A stretch of 64,000 nucleotides of DNA from Octopus bimaculoides. Lineage: Eukaryota. Shown here one piece after another: positions 1 to 11,699 of the stretch. The translations under genes were made by a program, and so were the position numbers. Numbering within the stretch: the first letter of the stretch is position 1; the number at the start of each line of letters is the position of its first letter. Below the pieces are notes generated by a model. It was given only the letters and a program-made list of their open reading frames with translations. It did not search any database and was not told the DNA's origin. The DNA is taken from assembly GCF_001194135.2 (NCBI RefSeq), contig NC_068992.1, positions 6,471,572 to 6,535,571 of the forward strand. Direction: 5' to 3'.

Positions 1-59
1 ATAAATACCACAAGATAATTTTGCCGGCGCCAAACAAATCTGCCAACAAGTGTACCACT

Positions 60-258
60 ACAGGTGCAAGACCTGAAATTTTGGCAGGAGGAAACTAGTT
101 GATTCCATTGACCTCAGTGTTCGACCGGTACTTAGTTTATTGAGTTTAATAGGTTGAAAGGAAAAGTCAATCTTGGCAATGTTTGGACTCTGCAGAATCT
201 AAAACCGGAAAACACTCTGCTAGGCATTTTGTTCGGTGTGCTAACAATTATGCCAGGA
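60..258 (-). mobile_element. Degenerate SINE family A copy
   Basis: Diverged match to the young copy at 677-887 (ggtacttagtttattgag...gaaaggaaaagtcaatcttggc...gctaggcattttgttcggtgtgctaac). Confidence 0.7.
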
Positions 259-676
259 GGAGGGAAGGAGGAGGGAAGGAGGGGAGGAGGAGGGGGGAGG
301 AGGAAGGTCAAAATTGTGAAGGTAGTGTTGGTTCATTAACTGGAGGGCACGACTTGGCTGGTACTTTATTTTATCGACGCTAGAAGGATAACAGACAATT
401 TTGATCTCACAGGATTTGGACTCAGAAAAACGTGTATGTGTGTGCGCATGAGTAGCCATTTGTATGAACGTTGCGCTTGTGTGTTTATTTTGAAGTTGAA
501 TATTGAAGCATTGATGCACAAACTATTTTCCAACGAAGCCCACAATACTTTTTATTGCTACCTTGACCCACCCAAAGTGAAGTAAATAAAATTTTCAAAA
601 ATCAATGTTCGAACACATTCAGTTCACACCATAAAAACACAAAAAGATAACGCACCGCAGTCCATATCTGAAGAAT

Positions 677-887
677 CTTTTCTACTCTAGGCATAAGGCC
701 GAACTTTTGGGGGGAGGGGCCAGTCGATTAGATCGACCCAGTACGCAACTGGTACTTAATTTATCGACCCCGAAAGGATGAAAGGCAAAGATGACCTCGG
801 TCGATTTGAACTCTGACCGTAAAGACAGACGAAATGCTGCTAAGCATTTTGCCCGGGGTGTTAAGGTTTGTGCCAGCTCGCTGCCTT
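677..887 (-). mobile_element. tRNA-derived SINE family A, near-intact, 18-bp TSD
   Basis: Minus strand reads aaggcagcgagctggcac...gagttcaaatcgacc (pol III A/B-box-like), then tttgcctttcatcctttcggggtcgataaattaagtaccag. Exact direct repeat AGTCCATATCTGAAGAAT at 659-676 and 888-905. Confidence 0.9.
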
Positions 888-1129
888 AGTCCATATCTGA
901 AGAATATAAATGTCAAACAGGAGAAAGATAAATTTATAGTATGATCAATATCCACACATGTTCCCTGAATACATAAATGTCATAGTGGCCCACACATGCT
1001 TGGGTGTGGGCTATTTATCTATTGTCAACCTTTTATACCACTGAATTAAAGTAAACAACACAACCAATCACAATAAGAGGTGTGTCATCGACCCATTGTA
1101 AAATCAAATATCAATAGTGGTGATTCAAA

Positions 1130-1887
1130 CGGACAGTGATAGGTTATCATTTTCTGTTTTGTATTCAAATCATGCTGAAGTCAATTTTGGCGTTCTGACC
1201 TGGTTACTGCAAGAACTCCAATGAGATATATGTTCGAACTGGGAGGCTGTTCAGTGTCACAAGAAAATACATCAATGGAGATGTAGATAGGCTATACTTC
1301 CTACACAAAGAGATCCGGTGGAAGGATTACACTGAGGATAAGAGAAATAAGAACCCACAGTTTGGTGGAAACCATAACCACTCATAATAAAAAGGAGTAG
1401 TGAAGACCTCAGTAAAATATAAACACAACAGAACTGATATAATGGTTTGAAATAGAGAAGAGAAACTGTGTACATTTGTGGAAATCAGCTGCCCAGCGGA
1501 TGTTAACGTAAAGCTGAAGATCAGTGAAAAAGAGAACACCTATGCTGAACTATTGAGAAATCTGCAGTTACTCTACCCAGATTACAAGTTCAGATTTATG
1601 CCTATAATTATTGAGGCACTAGGATATGTAACACACTGTCTAAATGCCAATTTTGAGAAATTAGGCTTCACAACACCAGAAAGGCGAAAGCTGATTCGAA
1701 GACGACAGATTCAAGGCACCACTGAAACTAAAAATCTGTAAAACTTTCCAGAAGTTTATCGTTTAAATATATATGAGAATGTCTAGATATGCAAGTATAC
1801 GCACGAAGGCACACATAAAACAAATGTCCACGTATACATACATACATACATATATACATACATACATAACAAACATACATACATACA

Positions 1888-1921
<34 letters not shown>

Positions 1922-2095
1922 CATACATACATAACAAACATACATACATACATACATACATACATACATACATACAAAATTACCCTGTTGATGTTGTTGA
2001 AACTCCAAGGAAGTAGTCTTGGATCTAGGTTAGAAACCGACTCATTCTCTATTGGCAAGAAATCTTGAAATAAAACTGATTCACGACATACATAC
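1130..2095 (+). mobile_element. 5'-truncated, internally deleted RLE-type non-LTR retrotransposon (R4/NeSL/HERO-like group)
   Basis: Broken frames give NGDVDRLY (post-RT) and KHNRTDIMV*NREEKLCTFVEISCPADVNVKLKISEKENTYAELLRNLQLLYPDYKFRFMPIIIEALGY (PD..E-type RLE). The 3' UTR ends ggcaagaaatcttgaaataaaactga followed by (CATA)n. A homologous copy lies at 28800-29317. Confidence 0.8.
1832..1975. repeat. (TACA)n microsatellite inside the RLE element 3' UTR
   Basis: Direct reading. Confidence 0.95.
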
Positions 2096-2831
2096 ATACA
2101 TGTGTGAATTTGTGTCTCCATTTCTTTTTAGTGGCTTCAGTTGCAAATATGGTGTGGCACCTCGTTTAATGGGATTTAGACAATCTTAACATCTTCATGA
2201 TGTTTTTAATCGATTTCTATTTATCTAATCTCTGATGTACGAGTTTATCTTAATAAAGGAACGCATCTTGACACATCGGCAAACATAAGCACGTGCATGA
2301 ATACAGATACATTTATCACGCAGATATCCATATTTATGTGTGCATGGACGTAGGCATTTGCTTGTGCGTGTGTGTGGTGCGTTTATTTGTGTGTATGTGT
2401 GAATGTGTGTGTGTGTGTGTGTGTGTTCATTATACGCGACGGAAGAAGTAACAATACTAAAAACTAATCTTTATATTCAACTCAAAACGGACGCCTTGCT
2501 AGAAAACCACACAGTGCAATATTGGCATTGAGAAATTCTCTCAGTTGGTGCTTCGTGTATAATAGCACGCGCATAGATCGCAGCAGACGAAGTCCTTAAT
2601 GCCAACGACTCACACGGGTCTTTTACGAAATATTTACCGTAGTTTTAAAGTCATTTTCGCTTTGAAATATTTTTAAATATACCAAAAAATCTTTTTAATG
2701 GTATTCACTTGAAAATAATTTTAAAAAGCATTAAAATATTGTCTGTTGAAAGAAAGCTAAAATATAAGTATTTGAAATATGAATTCTCAGGAATGAAATG
2801 AGCAATGCAAGAGCATACACTAAGACGGAAA

Positions 2832-2883
2832 GCGTCACTGAGGAGGTCACAAATGTGTGACGAAAGATTTCCGGAAAATAGAC
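2832..2883 (+). ncRNA. Degenerate type I hammerhead-ribozyme-like motif
   Basis: CTGAGGA (2838-2844), G, then stem II GTCACA/aatg/TGTGAC, GAAA (2862-2865) and palindrome TTTCCGGAAA (2868-2877). Stems I and III are out of register by about 1 nt. Confidence 0.4.
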
Positions 2884-3054
2884 ATGAGTTAAAATAGAAC
2901 AGTAATAAACGAATGAAGAACGAATATATAGAGCGTGTGTTTATTTGGGGGAAAAGTATATGACCATTTCCGAAATAAAACAATATCTGTTTCAGCACAC
3001 GACTTCACATCAGGAATCTTGCAACACAAATTCATAAACGTGTATATATATATT

Positions 3055-3097
3055 GAGAGGGAGAGAGAGAGGGGAAGATAGATAGATAGATAGATAT

Positions 3098-3157
<60 letters not shown>

Positions 3158-3238
3158 GTATGTAGATGCATGTATATATACATACGTAGATAAACACTTA
3201 CATAATACATACATACATACATACATACATACATACAT
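3055..3238. repeat. Compound (GA)n-(GATA)n-(TACA)n microsatellite
   Basis: Direct reading. Confidence 0.95.
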
Positions 3239-3280
3239 GCCTAGGTGAGTAGACAGGTCGAAAATGGTTAGATATAGACA

Positions 3281-3328
3281 AATATGGCGGACTTCACACA
3301 CACTTGTCATCCAGCTTCCACAGTAAGC
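3281..3328 (+). promoter_or_regulatory. YY1-type motif overlapping an ATG, followed by a splice donor (candidate first coding exon MADFTHTCHPAST)
   Basis: aatATGGcgg is the reverse complement of CCGCCATATT. ATG at 3284 has A at -3 and G at +4, then 13 codons, then GTAAGC at 3323. There is no homology support. Confidence 0.2.
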
Positions 3329-3969
3329 GATCCTCAAGCGCTGTGATGTCTAAAACAAACTAAAGAACTAAACTTTACTTGGAAGTCTTTTTTTAATGTA
3401 TTTTTTATGTATTCATCAGACACTTTGGTATTACTATTCTGATATACCTTACTGAACTACATAAGCCATTCATTATCGTTGTTAATCAACCGAAGCAACA
3501 ATTGTGAGAAACCTCCTCGACTCAGATGATTTGCACTTTCAAAAACAAAAAAAAGTAACGATCATGTTTGCATGTATGTGTACGTGTATTTATGTATGTA
3601 TGTATGTATGTATGTAGGTAGGTAGGTAGGTAGGTAGGTAGGTAGGTAGGTAGGTTTCTATGTATTGTTGTTGCAAATATGGCAACTATTACGCCGATAA
3701 TATATTGTTAGGCCATAGATTATGCTGTCGTGTGTGTGTGTTGGTTGGAGAAACGATTGTCATATTGCATCATAGAAACTTTTGTTATGTAGAAGGAAAG
3801 AAAATGTGTGTGTATGTGTATTTTACTCCTTGTGCACATATTTGGTATATATTCGTCAAAATGAGAAGTATTACTATTAGATATCAGTGCCTTAACAAAG
3901 AAGACAGCATTATAGGGAGCAGGACTAGACATACGAAAATGGCAGAATGCTCATGGAAGTTGTGACTGT

Positions 3970-4280
3970 CGTTAGTTGCAGAATCAACTCATCAGACAAA
4001 ATGCTTTGCGGTACTTCAATCGAGTTTTTCACGTTGAGTTCAAATCCCATAGTATGTCTTCTTAAGGTGGCGAGATTGCAGAATCGTCAACTGGTCGGAC
4101 AAAATGCTTCCCGCCACTTTAGTCGGATTTTACGTTTTCCGTCCAAATCCTATCCCGATCAACTTTTCCTTTCATCCATTCGAAGTCGAGAAAAAAGAGT
4201 AAGAGTAAAGTATTGGAGCCGGCGTAATCGACTTGCCCCACCCTTCAAAATTAATGACCTTGTGACAAAATTAGAAATAT
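3970..4280 (+). mobile_element. Two adjacent degenerate SINE A copies
   Basis: agttgcagaatc...caaaatgctttgcgg...gagttcaaatcc and aaggtggcgagattgcagaatcg...tttcctttcatccattcgaagtcga...gtaatcgacttgccc. Confidence 0.65.
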
Positions 4281-4379
4281 TAGCTTTTATTCGATCACAG
4301 TTGGCCTATATCTAAACAACAACAAAATAACAAACAACAGGTCTATGAGCAGGTGCAGTAAGGCGTTGCCTATTTACCT

Positions 4380-4900
4380 CGGTGTTTCACGTGGGTGTGG
4401 AATGTGACATATTGTCCTAGATGTGAAAAGAACTTATTTATGCTTTATAAAGAGTTAACAGCTGTCAATCGACACTTTTCTCGTTGGTCTTTTTGAAAAA
4501 CTGAGGACGAAATTTATGGTTTGCAATGCGTTCATTGTTTCGTGTTACACTTATGTTCATGTACATATATGCTTGTTAAGGAAAGATCCTCTAGAACAGA
4601 GTTGGTGATCTTCTCGCCCATTGATGAAATATTAGTCCACAGTTAACTTTCTAACAAACGCTAATGAAGTCTCTAAAAACATATAAAAAAAGAAAAACGA
4701 GCATGACTGAAATAAAAAATATATAAACTGCAGCGTGTATAAGGATGTACATATAAGTTGTGTGAGTTGTATAAATGTGATGCACAACAGGTTTGCATAA
4801 ATACGTGGTGCAGCAGGATTTGCAAGCATGCCTTCCGAATATATTTATACTGACAATAGAGGTGAATAGTGGGAGTGAGTTCTCAACACCTACTTTGTTT
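4380..4900 (+). mobile_element. Possible highly decayed retroviral-type (rve/Ginger/Gypsy-like) integrase fragment
   Basis: Scattered peptides WNVTYCPRCEK (CxxC), TNANEVSKNI and GFASMPSEYIYTDNRGE (compare xSDNGxEF), with many stops. Confidence 0.25.
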
Positions 4901-4961
4901 GTTTGAGGTTCTTTTCGATAACCTGGTGTTTCATGCATTGTATGTTGCAATTTCCATGTCA

Positions 4962-5010
4962 TTATTCAGTTTTATTTCAAGATTTCTAGCCAATGGTGAA
5001 AGAACCGGTG
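4962..5010 (-). mobile_element. Extreme 3' tail of the RLE family seen at 1130-2095
   Basis: ttcagttttatttcaagatttctagccaat matches the reverse complement of attggcaagaaatcttgaaataaaactga. Confidence 0.6.
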
Positions 5011-5014
5011 AAGC

Positions 5015-5330
5015 AGTATCCTTCATTAGAAGCGGTTGGAGTGTTGTGAAATTGTGCCTGTAGCTTGACGTGGCGCTCAAAGTGTTGGATGTCAGCACGG
5101 GTCTGAAACTCGTTACCGGACGGAGTGAGAGGGATGAAGCGCAGACTCTTACTGAGAAGAGAGCGCTCGACTTCAGAGAGGGGGAGATCAGGAGGGATGG
5201 TGACAGCAGATTGAAGTGGGGGTAAGAAGGTGAGTTAGGTGATCAATTTGCAAGCATCTGCCAACATGTTGTAGACCGGCTCAACTTTCGCAGGCGTTCC
5301 CAATGCTGCTAGTTAGCTAGTTAGACCTGA
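5015..5330 (-). mobile_element. Penelope-like element, N-terminal ORF fragment
   Basis: Minus frame VTIPPDLPLSEVERSLLSKSLRFIPLTPSGNEFQTRADIQHFERHVKLQAQFHN matches the PLE motif LSxxExxLLSKGLxFxP...D...FxRxLxL..F upstream of the RT. Confidence 0.75.
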
Positions 5331-6030
5331 GATTTGAGAATTACAAATAAGGAATTTATCTTTAAACGAAACATTTTATATCAAACTAAATCATACTCCA
5401 GAAACGAAAGATCTTGCAAACTTTATATAAGAAAAAGCTTCGAAATCCTTTTTACCAAGAGTTTCTTCCTCAACACACATTCTGAAAAACCTCCCACTTG
5501 CTAGCATAAAACATTTGTCATTTTAATAATTGAACCCACCACATACGTCAATAAGTAATATTACATTGTACGCATCTCAGCAAATTTTCTATTATAACAC
5601 GTACTGCACAGAAACAATCTATATATTCCAACTCTAACCTTTTTCTCTATTCAACCAAATTATCTATAAGCATTAGAATCCCCTACTTAGCTACTTTTGT
5701 TCTGCCAGCTCCTTTACTGCTCAAACAGAAATATTTATATCATACAAGAGAATTCTATTCAAAGTCTATACCGCTATTATATCTTATATTCTATTCTTTA
5801 ACGTACCTTAACTTATGCAACAGTATATTGCATACTTTACACCTTCTATCTCCATTACTATGTTACTTTCCATTGACTAGCAAGTCCCTTTAAGCATTGT
5901 CATTGTCATATTCACTTTTTCTGAAACTAAGTACCCTTTCTGTGTGCGTTTCTTTTTTTTTCTGTAAGCTTCCATTTCCTTCCATAATATTTTTGAAACA
6001 ATCATTCTGCGTATGTATCTGCATGTTTGC

Positions 6031-6066
<36 letters not shown>

Positions 6067-6222
6067 CCATGTCAAATTCATATATCTTCACGAGTATTTT
6101 TATACATATGCATATATATAATTATGATTCGCTATTGTCCTCAATGTATAATCTATTTTGCACCTTTATTCTATTTATATTTATGTGCACACTTTTGCAT
6201 ATATATTTTATATTTCACACGC

Positions 6223-6261
<39 letters not shown>

Positions 6262-7217
6262 TGTATGTATATACATACTGTACTATATCTATGAATGTTT
6301 GCATTTATGCAGAATTTGTGCTACATTTATACATACAGTGTTACATACATTCGTAAATAAATTTATGTATATTTGAACGTGTTTATAAATATTTACATTC
6401 AGCTCGTTGCTTACATATTATCCTATAACTTTCATTATATATTCATACATAATTATATGCCACAATTTCTCGTGTGTGCACTCGTATACTTATTTGTAGA
6501 TGTAAGAATATATATATATATATATATATATGTTTGTAATTCATATATGTTCATACATTTATACTTCTCTCTTAAGCACAATTTTTTTTTTAAATCACTA
6601 GTTTTTTGCAGTTATTTCCCATTAAGCACGCATCTTGAATTTCACAGTTTCGCTCGGCAAAAATTTACGAGCTTAAAAGCATATATTGCCTTTTCTTTGC
6701 CATTAATTTAACTCTTTCCTTTTTTATATACTTTAGTTTAATATTTGTTAACAATACTTTTATAGTCCTCAATTCTGATTTATTTCTTTATTTACACGCG
6801 AACGATGGTTTACCTAGCAAATCTACTAACGTTCTTTCGGGCGTCAAGATTCTTTTCATCTTCTTGAAATTAACAACTATTTATTANNNNNNNNNNNNNN
6901 NNNNNNNNNNNNNNNNNNNNNNNNNNNNNNNNNNNNNNNNNNNNNNNNNNNNNNNNNNNNNNNNNNNNNNNNNNNNNNNNNNNNNNNNNNNNNNNNNNNN
7001 NNNNNNNNNNNNNNNNNNAGACATATAAATAGAGGTAGTCTGGCCGTGGTAGGTGTGTTAAGTAGGAGTTGAGTAGCAGTCGAGTAGCAGTTGTGTAGCG
7101 GTTGAGTAGAGATCATCCGAAGGTGGTAGATAGCAGTAGCTTGAGACATAACAGTATGTATATATGTATGTTTGTGTGCATATCTGCATACATACATACA
7201 TACATACGTACATACCC

Positions 7218-7625
7218 GTAGGAGTGGTTGTGTGGTAAGTAGCTTGCTTACGAACCACATGGTTCCGGGTTCAGTCCCACTGCATGGCACCTTGGGCAAG
7301 TGTCTTCTACTATCGCCTCGGGCCGACCAAAGCCATGTGAGTGGATTTGGTAGACGGAAACTGAATATATATGTATATATATACATGTGTGTGTGTATGT
7401 TTGTGTGTCTCTGTTTTTCCTCCCAGCATCGCTTGACAACCGATGCTGGTGTGTTTACGTCCCCGTAACTTAGCGGTTCGGCAAAAGAGAGAGATAGAAT
7501 AAGTACTTGGCNNNNNNNNNNTTCGGCAAAAGAGAGAGATAGAATAAGTACTTGGCTTACAAAGAATAAGTCCTGGGATCGATTTGCTCGACTAAAGGCA
7601 GTGCTCCAGCATGGCCGCAGTTAAA
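7218..7625 (+). mobile_element. SINE family B (tRNA head, CORE-like ccttgggcaag segment, internal microsatellite, 3' half)
   Basis: gtggttgtgtggtaagtagcttgc...ggttcagtccc...ggcaccttgggcaagtgtcttc...gtagacggaaactga-(TA/TG)n-...gtccccgtaacttagcggttcggc...gggatcgatttgctcgactaaaggc. Confidence 0.9.
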
Positions 7626-7664
7626 GAGAGAGTCGACCTATCTGTGTATCATACTTGTGCGAAT

Positions 7665-8005
7665 ATTTGGACGACGAAAACTGAAAGAAGCCTGTCGTAT
7701 ATATCTGTGTGTTTGTGTGTGCGTGTGTAAGTGTGTGTTTATATGTGAGTGTGCGTGTGTGTGTCTATCTATGTGTGAGTGAGTGACTATGTCTGTGTTT
7801 GTCCCCCACGCCATTTCACAGACGGTGTTGGTTTATTTACGTCTCCGTAACTTAGCGGTTCGACAAAAGAGTGCTCGATGAAATAAGTACCATACTTTAA
7901 AGCAAAATAAGTGCTGGGGTCGATTTATTCGACTAAAAGTTCATGAAGGTGGTGCTGCAGCATGGCCACAGTCTAATGATTGAAAGAGATAAAAGACAAA
8001 AGATA
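7665..8005 (+). mobile_element. 5'-truncated SINE B copy
   Basis: gaaaactgaaagaagcctgtcg-(TG)n-tttgtccccc...ggggtcgatttattcgactaaaag...gcatggccacagtctaatgattgaaag. Confidence 0.85.
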
Positions 8006-9435
8006 AGCAATATACATTATATGCGTGTCTGAGTGTGCGTGTGTGAGTCAGTGCGTTTTTATGTATACGTGTGTATTTTTGCGTGTGCATCACTGATGCA
8101 TATTCTGCGTTTGTCAGGTAACCGCTTCGCACCTCAAACGATTTTCAGGAATATTAAGTTCCATCTATAATATTATTATAAATCATAATAGGGAAATGAA
8201 TTTTTCTGCTTCTGTTATGAAATATTACGGCAATTATTCCGAGATAGCATTTCACACCTCATAGCTACAGAGCACCATGCTGATAGCGTGATACTGAAAG
8301 ATTGACAAAAATTAGGACCTCAGGTGAACAACATTCTCCAATCACACATGTATTCGTTGTCATGGTGAAATCTTGCATGTATAAATTCGCTGGAAATTTA
8401 TTAAATAAAACTGATGTTCTTTATAAGAATTCTGTTCGTGCGATATCATGATGTAATTTAGTTGTAATTCCCTACCAAATCTAATAAATACTCAGAAGAA
8501 ATGATTTTGTTAAGTGGAAGTCTGAGGCCGTTGACCTGTTGACATAGCAAGACAGGTATTGGTGTTGTTTATACGATTAGAATTTAGTCTTTTACATTGA
8601 ACGATTCACTAACATTCATCACAAATAATGCATAATTTCAGAAGTAACATTTATATTTATGCATTGATGCTCATCTCGCACACAGCGGAATCATATGTTC
8701 ATACTTACAGAGAGGCAAATTGCAAAGCAAAATGATTTCATGTCTCATAGGACCACATATATACATATATATATTAATATTTACACATACGCACGCACAC
8801 ACATGTATGTGTATGTATATATATATATATAAATAAATATGAAACATAAATAAATAAATATATATACATATATATATATATACATATATATATNNNNNNN
8901 NNNNNNNNNNNNNNNNNNNNNNNNNNNNNNNNNNNNNNNNNNNNNNNNNNNNNNNNNNNNNNNNNNNNNNNNNNNNNNNNNNNNNNNNNNNNNNNNNNNN
9001 NNNNNNNNNNNNNNNNNNNNNNNNNNNNNNNNNNNNNNNNNNNNNNNNNNNNNNNNNNNNNNNNNNNNNNNNNNNNNNNNNNNNNNNNNNNNNTATATAT
9101 ATGTATATATATATAAATATATATAAATATATATACAATATATAAATATAAATATAAAAATATAAAATATAAATATATATATATAAATATATATATAAAT
9201 ATATATATACATATATATATATATACATATATATATGTGTGTGTGTGTGTCTGTGTGTGTGTGCCCATCATATATACGTAAGTGTATGGATGTATACATG
9301 TATGTCTTTATATATGTGCGTTTGTATTTAATCTATATATTTATACATATATACATATATGCATGTGTATATATGCATATGTATATATCTATATCTATCT
9401 ATTTCTCTCTCTTTCTGTCTGTCTCTCTCTCTCTT

Positions 9436-9505
<70 letters not shown>

Positions 9506-9511
9506 AAGCAA

Positions 9512-9909
9512 AACAACAAATAGAACAAGAACGTGACAAGCGACAACAAAACATCTGGAGAGTTAGACGATACAACGACGGACAGGAAAAAACAAGGACG
9601 GGTCATTCGGAGTCTTCTATCGTCAGTCGAGTTTCAGATCATTCCTGCAGTTTCGGCCGGTTACAGTCGATACTGCTGCAATCTAGCCCGCAACAAGAAA
9701 ACCTAAGCTAGGAGCACTAGATTCCTTGGAAGAAAGCAAGTGAATGTATACGAAAACAAGGATGAAAGAAACGGAGAAATGTTACACAATTACAAATACA
9801 AACAGCAAGACAATAACAACAGGTGTTTTTTCCAGCTATGCTTAGTATCTTCTAACTGTCTGAATGTTTTGTTGTCGCTTGTTACGTTCTTGTTCCATTT
9901 TCTGTTGTT
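9512..9909. mobile_element. ~400-bp element with ~62-bp imperfect terminal inverted arms (Penelope pseudo-LTR-like or MITE)
   Basis: 9512-9573 is roughly 85% identical to the reverse complement of 9845-9909 (aacaagaacgtgacaagcgacaacaaaacat core). Confidence 0.6.
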
Positions 9910-9951
9910 TTTTTTTTCGATGTGTTTTGTCGATAGATACATTGCGGAAAC

Positions 9952-9997
<46 letters not shown>

Positions 9998-10308
9998 ATC
10001 CACCGCTTGTCAACTCCTGCTGGTCTGTGTACATCCTCCAAATCTAGCGGCAAAATATCGGCAAAAAATAGCGACAAAATAAGCAAACTGCGTTTGAACA
10101 TGTACGGTGGTCAATTTTTTAACTTCAATGTCTGAAACAAGTAAAATAATACGTATCTACGGTTGTCTTTATATATTGCTATGTTCTTAATTTTCAACTA
10201 TATTTGTCTGTTCTTTCAAGTTGGAATATTGCCTTCGAAAGCCATATAGCGCCTTAAACTTCAGAATTTCAAATACCTGATCAAGAATAGACCATCGCGA
10301 GATTGTCA

Positions 10309-11033
<725 letters not shown>

Positions 11034-11699
11034 ACACACATACACACACAAAAGGCAATAAGCTCAAAAAGAAGGCAAGGCGGGACAAGTAGAAAGTTGA
11101 AATATTAAAAATGGTTTGGCGTATTTAAGAAGATTTATTCACATTTACTTGAACGGTTTCAAAGTTTCATAATTTTGAAAATTAATTTAAGATGGAAGAA
11201 TCTGGCGTAATGCCGTATTTGTTTTCTTAATTGTGATTGGGTTTTGACAATTTGCTCCTTTCTATAGAAAAATTCTGGCTTAAATAGCCATCAGTTGAAT
11301 TGTAGTTTGGTCGGTGCCATGAATGATAGTTGCGCCAAAAGTTAAAGCTGTATCAAGCCAGTAATTATGCCATGTGACAGCATGGATAATTGCTTGTTAT
11401 GTACGCATATTAGTTCAAGTGATAGTTTGGACAATAATTGTGCCAAAATTTAAGGTTACATTAATCCAGTGAATGTATCATGATGGTATGAACAACACTT
11501 TGTCAGTTTAACTTAAAATAGCAAAATAACTTACTTGTGTATAACGTTATTTATATGCCTGTGTGTCAAAACGAGAATTATAATAGAGTAATGTTCCATT
11601 TCGATATGTTTCAAAGTTTATTCGATTATGGTTTGTATTTGTTTTTTCGTTATTACTTACCTTTTCGTATAATTCTTCTGTTACATACATTATTCTACA

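Noticed and set aside
7487-7556. 35-bp direct repeat either side of a ~10-N gap
   Set aside because: An unmerged contig overlap within one SINE B copy; an assembly artefact.
9590-9700. CTGACGA and GAAA boxes on the minus strand
   Set aside because: Stems I and III cannot be formed in register (GAAT in place of GAAA, no A15.1-U16.1 pair), so it is not called a ribozyme.
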